Of a stretch of DNA of 26,509 bases, positions 17,099-25,063 are shown piece after piece (positions within the stretch are counted from its first letter, which is position 1; each line of letters begins with the position of its first letter). The notes below the pieces were generated by a model. It searched no databases and had not been told where the DNA came from. It saw nothing but the letters and a program-made list of their open reading frames with translations. The translations under genes were made by a program, and so were the position numbers. The stretch spans positions 1 to 26,509 of the forward strand of contig CAZMIT010000010.1 in assembly GCA_964566495.1 (NCBI GenBank), read 5' to 3'. The stretch comes from an uncultured bacterium. GTDB taxonomy: Bacteria > T1Sed10-126.

Positions 17099-18222
17099 CG
17101 TAGTTTTAAAGTACTGAGCGCAAATAACGCCAGAATTATTGCAACAATCCAGAAACGTATAGTTATTTTACTTTCTTCCATCCCGCTGAGTTCAAAATGA
17201 TGATGCAGCGGTGCCATCCTTAAAAAACGCTCCCCGGTGGCTTTATACCAGCCGATCTGAAGCATTACGGAGAGAGCTTCAATAACAAAAATTCCGCCGA
17301 CAACCAGCAGCAGAAGCTCCTGCTTAATCAACACAGCAATCAAGCCAATAGAGCCGCCCAGCGGTAGAGCACCAGCATCACCCATAAATATTTCTGCCGG
17401 ATGTGCATTAAACCAGAGGAAACCGAGACAGGCCCCAATCAGGGCAGCAATAAAAACTGTTAACTCACCACTCCCCATGACGTTGGGAACATGTAGATAT
17501 TCAGAAAATACGTAGTGACCGCTGATATATGTTATTCCCGCATAAGCAACGGCGACAAAAATCACCGTGCCAACAGCGAGACCATCGAGGCCATCGGTTA
17601 AATTAACAGCGTTTGAGCTGCCCAGTATTACAACCATTACAAATGGGATATAGAACGAACCCAACGGAATCCAGGCGACGGTAAAAAACGGAAAAAAAAG
17701 CGAATTGCCAAGCTCCGCTCTGAACTCCTCGCCCAGCCAGAGCAGTCGCAGAGGCAGCTCCATGTTTGAAACCCAGACGGCGATGACAGCAGCAATTATT
17801 AACTGACCGATAATTTTTGTGCGAATCGATACCCCGTCGCTGGCCGGATAATAAATCTTGAGCCAATCGTCGATTGCTCCCAGCAGACCAAGACTGAGCA
17901 GTACTAAAAGGGCCATCTGCACGAAGCTGTTGCTCAGGTTGGCCCAGAGCATTGTTGAGATAGCAATGGCAGCGACAATAAATATGCCGCCCATAGTCGG
18001 CGTCCCGGTTTTCCCCTCCTGGAACTCAAGATAGGGGCGACCTCGATTCAGGGCCAGCTCCCACTGCTTCAGACGGGGAATAAACCACCAGGCAAGCGTC
18101 CAGCAGAGAATCAAGCTGGTCACAGCCGCGTAAGCGGTTCGGACGGTGATAAACCGAAACAGGCGAATAAATGAATACCAGGTGTCCGGCTGGTAAAAGG
18201 TCTCGTAAAGAGCGTGCATCAT
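17095..18222 (-). CDS. mraY: Phospho-N-acetylmuramoyl-pentapeptide transferase
   Basis: KTGTPTMGG, DD, NAVNLTDGLDGL, FMGD.G and MAPLHHHFE. Start placed at the ATG overlapping the murF stop (ATGA). Confidence 0.96.
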   Translation of the reverse strand: MMHALYETFYQPDTWYSFIRLFRFITVRTAYAAVTSLILCWTLAWWFIPRLKQWELALNRGRPYLEFQEGKTGTPTMGGIFIVAAIAISTMLWANLSNSFVQMALLVLLSLGLLGAIDDWLKIYYPASDGVSIRTKIIGQLIIAAVIAVWVSNMELPLRLLWLGEEFRAELGNSLFFPFFTVAWIPLGSFYIPFVMVVILGSSNAVNLTDGLDGLAVGTVIFVAVAYAGITYISGHYVFSEYLHVPNVMGSGELTVFIAALIGACLGFLWFNAHPAEIFMGDAGALPLGGSIGLIAVLIKQELLLLVVGGIFVIEALSVMLQIGWYKATGERFLRMAPLHHHFELSGMEESKITIRFWIVAIILALFALSTLKLR

Positions 18223-19556
18223 TGTTTGTCCCGCCACCTTTCAATGAGCTTCCTCAATCCGACTGCATTTGAGGCCTTAACCAGGACAGAGCGATAAGAG
18301 GTCGGGATTAGCCCGTTGAGCTCCTCGACTGATTCGTGCAAGCTAAGGTTAGGGTCCCCTCCCATTCCTTTAGCCAGCTGTTTGCCATATTCACCGACGA
18401 ACTTAACTTCGAGCTCCTCCACTTCGCTCAATTTCTCCCCAATCTCGCAATGAGCCTCGGCCGCTGAAGTGCCCAGCTCCTTCATAGTGCCCAGTATTGC
18501 AAGCCGGGGCGGTGAAAGCTCTTCCAACCGTTCTATAGCCGAAAGCATTGAATCGGGGTTGGCGTTGTAACTACCGTCAATGACGGTGGTCTCCCCTATT
18601 TTGAACTCTTTGCCACGTCCGGCCAGCGGTTCGAAGCGAGCTAATCCCTCCCTTATCGCCGTTTCTTCAAGTCCCAGCTCAAACGCCGCTAATATCACCA
18701 GAATTGCATCCTTTAAAATTTCATCCCGGGTGAAATCAACCTCAAATTTACTATCCCCTACTCTAATTTTTCCGGTCCCCGGTCCTATACTCCAATCTAC
18801 TTCGACATCACCGCCGGCCCCACGGGACGGAACTCGCACCGGGGCGTTAGCGGCGCTGAGTAATATATCTTTGTGGCGCACCCAGCCGGGAACTATCCCC
18901 AGGCCGGTTGAGGGGAGGCCGGCCAACAACTCAGCTTTTTCACGAGCCACGCTCTCCACCGTCTCCACCCCCGCCAGATGGGCGCGGCCAATGTGCGTAA
19001 TCAGTCCCATATCAGGGGCCAGTATTTCTGTCAGCCTTTTTATCTCACCGGGCTGATTCATAGCCACCTCGGAGACCAGAACCTCGGCGCCACCATAGTT
19101 TAAGAGAGTCAACGGCAGACCAAGTTGATTGTTGTAGTTGCCGGGAGACTTGCGAGTCTCAAATTTCTCCGCCAGAACTGTCGCCAGCATTTCTTTGACG
19201 GTTGTCTTGCCGCAACTTCCGGTAATTCCAATCACATAGTCATCAAGCGTGCGCCGGTAAAATTTAGCCAGGCGACCGAGCGCTTGTTCGGAATCATCAA
19301 CAAGCAGCTGCGGTATATCAACCGGCTGCTGACTCTCTACGATCGCCGCCACAGCACCAGCTTCTCGGGCCGCTTGGACAAATTCATGACCGTGTGTATT
19401 TTCGCCCTGCAAAGCCACAAATAGGTCGCCGGGTTCACAATTACGACTATCTATCCTCACCTTATTAACCAGCCGGGGCGGCTCTTTAGTCCAGCGTTCT
19501 ACGGTGAAATTTTCACTCAATTGAGCTACTGGCACGACGGACGGTTCTTTTTTCAA
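18219..19556 (-). CDS. murF: UDP-MurNAc-tripeptide--D-Ala-D-Ala ligase
   Basis: DSR, GITGSCGKTTVKE, NYNNQLGLP, YNANPDSM, GTMKELG and VLVKAS. Confidence 0.95.
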   Translation of the reverse strand: MKKEPSVVPVAQLSENFTVERWTKEPPRLVNKVRIDSRNCEPGDLFVALQGENTHGHEFVQAAREAGAVAAIVESQQPVDIPQLLVDDSEQALGRLAKFYRRTLDDYVIGITGSCGKTTVKEMLATVLAEKFETRKSPGNYNNQLGLPLTLLNYGGAEVLVSEVAMNQPGEIKRLTEILAPDMGLITHIGRAHLAGVETVESVAREKAELLAGLPSTGLGIVPGWVRHKDILLSAANAPVRVPSRGAGGDVEVDWSIGPGTGKIRVGDSKFEVDFTRDEILKDAILVILAAFELGLEETAIREGLARFEPLAGRGKEFKIGETTVIDGSYNANPDSMLSAIERLEELSPPRLAILGTMKELGTSAAEAHCEIGEKLSEVEELEVKFVGEYGKQLAKGMGGDPNLSLHESVEELNGLIPTSYRSVLVKASNAVGLRKLIERWRDKQ

Positions 19557-20995
19557 CTTGTTTTCAGGACCTCCCGCGCCACCCGGGCATCGTCAAAAGG
19601 TATTACACGATCTCCTATGACCTGCTCGGTTTCGTGCCCTTTACCCAGGATGAGAACCAGGTCCTCGGGGGCCGCCCGTTCGACGGCCTCCCGAATTGCC
19701 TGGCCCCGGTCCAACTGAACGTGAAACCGCCCCGCTTCCATTCCAACCAAGATGTCATCAATTATTTCCGCGGGCTCCTCAGAACGAGGGTTATCCGAGG
19801 TAACCACGGCATAATCAGCGAGCCGGTTAACAGCTTCTCCCATTGCCGGACGCTTACCCCGATCACGATCGCCACCGGCGCCAAATACACAAATCAAACG
19901 TCCCTCGGTGAGCGGTTTCATACTTTTAATAACATTTTCAACCGCAGCAGGAGTATGAGCGTAGTCCACCACAACAGTAGGGCTGGAGGCAACTTTTTCA
20001 CAGCGGCCGGGAACATTGTCACAGGTGGCCAATCCTTCTTTGATAGCGCTGGTTTGTATTCCTAACTCAGCAGTTAAGGCCACTGCCAGGGCCATATTTT
20101 TGTAATTGTGACGTCCAGTCAGTGGTGACTCAAAAGTGATAACCTCGTCCGCCTGCGGCAATTGCATTTTTAGCCGGGTGTGGGAAAGTGTCGACTCCGG
20201 CGCGACAACACTGTAATCGGCCTCCTCCGGTCCAACGGAGACAGCGTCCAGTTCTGAGGACAGTCGCCGGGCGTATTTGTCGCCGACGTAAACAACAGCA
20301 GTGGAGCTCTGCTGAAACAATTTTTTCTTACTCTGATAATATTCTTCCATTTCACCGTGGTAATCGAGGTGATCCTGACTGAGGTTGGTGAAACCGGCTG
20401 CAGCAAATGAAAGCCCCTTCACACGACCTTGATCCAGACCGTGCGAAGAGACCTCCATCACCGCCGCAGTAGCCCCGCTGTCCGCCCACTCTCGCAGACA
20501 TCGATATGTTTCGACCAGCGAGGGGGTCGTACAGTCCACCGCAAACTCACTCCCGTTGAATCGACGTTCAATCGTCCCAATCAGGCCGACAGATTCCCCT
20601 TCTGCCTCCATAATTGATTCAACAAGATGAGTTGTAGTGGTTTTTCCGTTGGTACCTGTGATTCCAATCAGGGTGAGTTCTCGATCCGGTCGACCGTAAA
20701 AACGGCAGAGCAGATTCGTTAATATTTTTTTGGGGCTATCGACTAAAATAACTGGTATGGATAAATCTTCAGGTAGGTAATCCTGCTTGTTTTTATCAAC
20801 GACAAGCGCTGCCGCGCCTTGAGCTACCGCTTCGTCCAGGTAACGGTGACCGTCAGTTGCATGCCCCCGGCAGGCTACAAAAATTTCCCCGGGTTCCAGC
20901 TGACGGGTGTCGTTATTTACGCCGCTAACTTGACAGTCAGCAGCAGCATTTTTTATTTTCGTCTCCAGCCCATTCACAAGTTCCTGCAACAGCAC
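19553..20995 (-). CDS. murE: UDP-MurNAc-dipeptide--meso-diaminopimelate ligase
   Basis: GTNGKTT, MEVSSH, DHLDYH, DYAHTP and GKGHE. The DNPR motif indicates meso-DAP specificity. Confidence 0.96.
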   Translation of the reverse strand: MLLQELVNGLETKIKNAAADCQVSGVNNDTRQLEPGEIFVACRGHATDGHRYLDEAVAQGAAALVVDKNKQDYLPEDLSIPVILVDSPKKILTNLLCRFYGRPDRELTLIGITGTNGKTTTTHLVESIMEAEGESVGLIGTIERRFNGSEFAVDCTTPSLVETYRCLREWADSGATAAVMEVSSHGLDQGRVKGLSFAAAGFTNLSQDHLDYHGEMEEYYQSKKKLFQQSSTAVVYVGDKYARRLSSELDAVSVGPEEADYSVVAPESTLSHTRLKMQLPQADEVITFESPLTGRHNYKNMALAVALTAELGIQTSAIKEGLATCDNVPGRCEKVASSPTVVVDYAHTPAAVENVIKSMKPLTEGRLICVFGAGGDRDRGKRPAMGEAVNRLADYAVVTSDNPRSEEPAEIIDDILVGMEAGRFHVQLDRGQAIREAVERAAPEDLVLILGKGHETEQVIGDRVIPFDDARVAREVLKTS

Positions 20996-21023
20996 TGTTC
21001 ACTGTCTCCCTTAACTAAAAGAT

Positions 21024-21458
21024 CTAATCTATTCCTTCTTCACCTCCCCCTGCCAGCGGCAGCTGCGCCCAGCGATGCCGATCAAGTTCAAGCAGTGGCA
21101 CCGTGTCTGCCATCTCCATGCCCAGCTCCGAGATAGCAATCCACTGGATTCTATCCAGCCGCTGAAGCTGTGAGACCTCAATACGCTTCGAGTGAACCTG
21201 CATGCGCAGCTCCAGGTTGCGCTCTCGCAGCAGTTCAACCCGATACTCCAGGCGAGCTTCCTCAACCTGGCGAGCGATAATTTGAGTACACAGCGTTGTA
21301 GCCAGTAAAAAAACTAAAAGTGAAAGAAGGAAAGTGCGAGGCGAGATTGAGTCGCGACGTGTCCGGACTATTCCCTGCAGCCATTTCAACAGTCCATTAA
21401 ACGACGATATCGCTCGCTCAGAGCGGTCGCGGTAGTATTTATTATTCTGACGAACCAT
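21024..21458 (-). CDS. ftsL: Cell division protein FtsL
   Basis: Basic N-terminus, one TM helix (FLLSLLVFLLATTLC), leucine-rich coiled coil and RIQWIAISELGM motif. Lies downstream of rsmH. Start placed at ATG 21458 (SD AGGGG) instead of 21530. Confidence 0.8.
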   Translation of the reverse strand: MVRQNNKYYRDRSERAISSFNGLLKWLQGIVRTRRDSISPRTFLLSLLVFLLATTLCTQIIARQVEEARLEYRVELLRERNLELRMQVHSKRIEVSQLQRLDRIQWIAISELGMEMADTVPLLELDRHRWAQLPLAGGGEEGID

Positions 21459-21664
21459 CCTGGCTACATCCCCTGGTCTGAAAATTGGTCCATAAACAAG
21501 TATGTGTAGTGCTGTGTTTACAGTCGTCAATAATAGTCTATTTCTAAAGCAACAATCAGTTTGTCTCCCTCTGATGAGGGAAAAATAAAAACAATACCTG
21601 ATTATCTTTCTATTGTATTTACGATTACGTTAGCGGTTGAGTAGTATATATAAATTGTATTGGA

Positions 21665-22591
21665 TCACATCATCTGAACTGCTCTCAATTTAGCCGATCT
21701 CGCTCTCGGATTAACACTTACCTCCTCCTCTCCGGGTCTCACAGGTGATTGAGTTACCACGTCGGCAATTTTTTCAGCGTCACAAGCACAGGCCGGCAAA
21801 TCTGGCGGACAGACACAATCCTCTTCCAGACTTCGAAAATAATGTTTTACAATTCTATCCTCCAGGGAGTGAAAACTTATTACAGCTAATCGACCTCCCT
21901 GCGAAAGCAGCTGAACCGCTGTTTTCAATGCTTGCCGCAGCTGTTTTAACTCCCGGTTAACTTCAATTCTAAGGGCCTGAAGAGCCCGGGCCATCTCACG
22001 GTTTACCATGTGCGGTGGAACTACTGCTTCCACCGCCATTATCAGGTCACCTACCGTCTCAAGCGGCCGGCGCTCACAGATACTTCTGACTACCGGCTTT
22101 AGAAATCGCAGCTCTCCCAATTGCCCAAAGATACTTAAAAGGTGTTCGGGCGTGGCAGAGTTAACCAGCGAGCTGGCCGGTCTTCCCTTTTTGTCACAAA
22201 ATCTCAGGTCGAGAGGATCATCGGGCCGGCGATAAGAAAACCCTCTTTCCGCCTGGTCAAGGTGATACGAACATATCCCCAGGTCGAAATATATCGCCTC
22301 CACTGAATTTCTCGCACCGACATTATCCATCTCGCAATAGCTGCTATTATACAGCTCAACCCGTTCGTCTCTGCGGAAGCTATCCGGTATCCGGGCAAAA
22401 ACTTCCGGGTCACGCTCAAATCCTATCAGTTTAGCTCCGGTTCCTAATCGTTTCACAACTTCCGCAGCGTGACCACCAAAACCAAACGTGGCATCAATCA
22501 CCGTATCTGATTGTGAAAGATCAAGTATTTCAACTAACTCTCGCTTCAATACCGGTTGATGTTCCGGTTGCCTATCAGACACAAAACTCAC
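21665..22591 (-). CDS. rsmH: 16S rRNA m4C1402 methyltransferase RsmH (MraW)
   Basis: HQPVL, DATFGFGGH, DLGICS, QALRIEVN, ISFHSLEDRIVK and NPRARSAKLR. Confidence 0.97.
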   Translation of the reverse strand: MSFVSDRQPEHQPVLKRELVEILDLSQSDTVIDATFGFGGHAAEVVKRLGTGAKLIGFERDPEVFARIPDSFRRDERVELYNSSYCEMDNVGARNSVEAIYFDLGICSYHLDQAERGFSYRRPDDPLDLRFCDKKGRPASSLVNSATPEHLLSIFGQLGELRFLKPVVRSICERRPLETVGDLIMAVEAVVPPHMVNREMARALQALRIEVNRELKQLRQALKTAVQLLSQGGRLAVISFHSLEDRIVKHYFRSLEEDCVCPPDLPACACDAEKIADVVTQSPVRPGEEEVSVNPRARSAKLRAVQMM

Positions 22592-22670
22592 TCTTTACTC
22601 TGAACTCCCCCTGAAATCAGGGGAAAGTCCTGTTATATATTTATTCAATTCCAGCTACAAACCGGGAGGT

Positions 22671-23114
22671 TCAGGCGGAACCTGTGAATACCTCTTCGGC
22701 CGCCTGCTCGGGGTCGACTTCCGCCTGATACTCCTCCCACCTTGATGGCGGCCAGAGTTCTACGGTGTTAAAATTCCCAACCACAGTGACTTCGTCCTCT
22801 ATGCCGGCCCATTCCAGCAGCCGGTCCGGCACAACTATCCGCCCCTGGCTGTCCGGACTGACACGCTGCGCCCGGGCCGAGAAAAATCTCCGGAGCTGCC
22901 GGGCTCGCTGACTTGGACCTTCTGAACCTGCGTTCTCCAAAAGCTCCATCCAGACCTCGTTCGGATAGATCGAGAGGCAGTTATCAAACCCGACTGAGAG
23001 GATTAACTCTTCCTCCTCAGCCAGTGCCTTTCGAATCGAAGCCGGCAGCGTTATTCTATTTTTTTTATCGACGCTGTGTCGATATTCACCATACAACCCA
23101 TATTGTTGCTTCAT
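22671..23114 (-). CDS. mraZ: Division/cell wall cluster transcriptional regulator MraZ
   Basis: Two AbrB-like repeats (DKKNR and DSQGR), GEYRHSVD and VELW. First gene of the dcw cluster. Confidence 0.95.
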   Translation of the reverse strand: MKQQYGLYGEYRHSVDKKNRITLPASIRKALAEEEELILSVGFDNCLSIYPNEVWMELLENAGSEGPSQRARQLRRFFSARAQRVSPDSQGRIVVPDRLLEWAGIEDEVTVVGNFNTVELWPPSRWEEYQAEVDPEQAAEEVFTGSA

Positions 23115-23139
23115 TATTAGCTCCTGTCAAGGGTTTAAT

Positions 23140-23195
23140 CCACTTTGCCCCACAATCAACCACTTCCTGCCATAGTTATACCACTTATACCCCAC
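23140..23195 (-). promoter_or_regulatory. MraZ-binding direct repeat array
   Basis: GTGG on the minus strand (CCAC on plus) at 23140, 23150, 23160, 23170 (ATGG variant), 23181 and 23192, a 10-11 bp period. Matches the known GTGG/TGGG MraZ operator repeats. Confidence 0.85.
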
Positions 23196-23204
23196 GGCTG
23201 TCAA
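23175..23204 (-). promoter_or_regulatory. sigma70 promoter of the dcw cluster
   Basis: TTGACA-18 nt-TATAAC with a TGn extension, overlapping the MraZ repeats. Confidence 0.75.
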
Positions 23205-23328
23205 GTTTTATTCTGATTTTTGAGTTATTTTTGATTGGATATAAGAAAATCAAGGGAGGAAGAGGAAAGATGACGCAAAAATCGATTGTAAAAAAATACG
23301 GTACTTGTTTAGCGCCCCGGACGTCATT

Positions 23329-23519
23329 ACGGGTCTGAACTATCGGTTATCGGTAAGACCGGGGAAACCGGTAATCGGTGTTCGGTTTTGACGTCACTGA
23401 ATACTGATTACCGATTACTGCTATACTCCATGGATTCCGGCTCGGGGGCCAGAATGACGTCAAATTCAACATGGATTCCGGGGCTCCGCTTCGCTCCACC
23501 CGGAATGACGGGTCTGAAC
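23329..23519. repeat. REP-like cassette: 7-mer hairpin plus two CATGGATTCCGG...GAATGACG palindromes, flanked by 12-bp direct repeats
   Basis: ACGGGTCTGAAC at 23329 and 23508. An 18-bp stem at 23369-23386/23396-23413. Palindromic units at 23429-23459 and 23470-23510. Confidence 0.75.
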
Positions 23520-23551
23520 CACAAGGTGTTCAAGCAAAGCGAAAAAATAAG

Positions 23552-23959
23552 GCCGGCGCCGGTGGTAAGCCGGATTCTGTTCGAAGGCGACCATTTATCT
23601 GGGCTGTTCCTTGCAGAACAGCTCAAGCGGCCCACCAAAGTTTGGCCTTGCTCCCGGGTGGGGTTTACCGGCACGCCAGCCTTACGACTGGCGACCGGGC
23701 GGTAGCAACAGACAACCTGTGCCGGTGCTCCGACACAGTCGCTGCCACATCCACCCGCTTTTCACCTTTCCCCAGCCGGTTCATCATAAAAAACCGGCTG
23801 GGTAGTATAGTCTCTGCGGCACTGGCCGGCCCCACCTATTGTTTTGCAAACAGGCGGGACTCCCGGATTTCCCGGGACACCCTATAAGGAGTCCGGACTT
23901 TCCTCCCGACCGGTTTAATAAACTAAACGGGCCAGGCGGCCGCTCACACCAACGCCGGC
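23552..23959 (-). ncRNA. rnpB: RNase P RNA (atypical bacterial A-like)
   Basis: Conserved blocks GAGGAAAGTCCGGACTCC, AGTGCCGCAGAGA, GGTGAAA, GGTAAACCCCACCCGGGAGCAAG, AGATAAATG and ACAGAATCCGGCTTA. Terminal P1 GCCGGCGTTGGT/ACCGGCGCCGGC. Confidence 0.96.
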
Positions 23960-23966
23960 ACTAAGT

Positions 23967-23975
23967 ATTTTATCA
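23967..23975 (-). promoter_or_regulatory. Extended -10 promoter element for rnpB
   Basis: TGaTAAAAT ending 7 nt upstream of the P1 5' end. Confidence 0.6.
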
Positions 23976-23983
23976 CTCTATTC

Positions 23984-25063
23984 TCACTCGGTAATTATTC
24001 CGCCGCCTAATACCCGATCGCCTGAGTAAAAAACAGCCGCCTGGCCGGGCGTAACTGCTCGCTGCGGCTGTTCAAATTCAACCTCCACCCGCTCCCCTTC
24101 TTCAAACGCCGTCAGCTCTGCCCGGGCCGGGCTATGCTGGTAACGGATCTGCACTTCCAGGCTTTCGGGGGCGACTTCGGAAGGTGGCAAGATCCAGTTT
24201 AATTTTTCTACTTTCATACGGGCGTCAAAAAGTTCTTCTCGCCGACCAACAATAAGTTTATTTTCAGCGGCGTCGATGTCAATCACATATATTGGGTGTC
24301 CAACTGCCAACCCCAGGCCCCGACGTTGTCCGAACGTGTAGTTTTCAATTCCTTCATGCTCACCAATTTTTTCTCCGTCAGTGTCAACAATCGGCCCGGA
24401 GCGACCTGTTCCTTCCAGCAGTTCGGTATAATCACCGGCGTAAAAATCCTGGCTCTCTGCCTTTTCCTCTACCGTGAGGCCAAGTTCAGTGGCTCGGGCT
24501 CGCACCTCATTTTTATTCAGCTCGCCCAGCGGGAAAAGCGTCCGTGCCAGTTGTTCCTGGGACAACGAGTAGAGAAAGTAACTCTGGTCTTTATCGCTGT
24601 CGACTCCCCGGAGAAGCAGATGTCTACCGTTCTCCTCCAGCCGGCGCACATAATGTCCGGTGGCGTAATAGTCCCACTTTAACCCGGCCGCCGCAAGCGC
24701 TTCCAGCAGCGCCCCAAACTTAAGCCGCCGGTTACAGCGCAGACAGGGGTTTGGGGTGCGCCCCTGGTTGTATTCGTTGCGAAAATAATCTAATACAATT
24801 TCTTCATATTCGGCGCGCAAATCAACGACGTGAAACGGTATGCCCAGTTGTTCAGCCACTATCCGGGCGTCCTCAATATCGGCCGCTTCCCCGGGGCCAA
24901 AACAAGCGTGAGTGTCAGCGGAATCCGAGCTTGGAGTATATTCCTCGTTCCAAATCTGCATAGTTACTCCGATAACGTCGTAACCCTGCTCGACAAGCAG
25001 CGCGGCAGCGACGGAAGAATCCACACCGCCGCTCATCCCTACGGCAATTTTTTTCTCAGCCAA
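23984..25063 (-). CDS. mnmA: tRNA 2-thiouridine(34) synthase MnmA
   Basis: PP-loop GMSGGVDS, TPNPCLRCN, ATGHY, KDQSYFL, YTFGQRRGL and AVTPGQAAVFY. TTG start overlapping the nadA stop. Confidence 0.96.
   Translation of the reverse strand: MAEKKIAVGMSGGVDSSVAAALLVEQGYDVIGVTMQIWNEEYTPSSDSADTHACFGPGEAADIEDARIVAEQLGIPFHVVDLRAEYEEIVLDYFRNEYNQGRTPNPCLRCNRRLKFGALLEALAAAGLKWDYYATGHYVRRLEENGRHLLLRGVDSDKDQSYFLYSLSQEQLARTLFPLGELNKNEVRARATELGLTVEEKAESQDFYAGDYTELLEGTGRSGPIVDTDGEKIGEHEGIENYTFGQRRGLGLAVGHPIYVIDIDAAENKLIVGRREELFDARMKVEKLNWILPPSEVAPESLEVQIRYQHSPARAELTAFEEGERVEVEFEQPQRAVTPGQAAVFYSGDRVLGGGIITE

Noticed and set aside
22913..23887. ORFs 22913-23338, 23388-23705, 23408-23674, 23471-23887 and 23611-23805
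   Set aside because: They overlap mraZ antisense, the promoter, the REP-like cassette or rnpB. The peptides are translations of palindromes and structured RNA.
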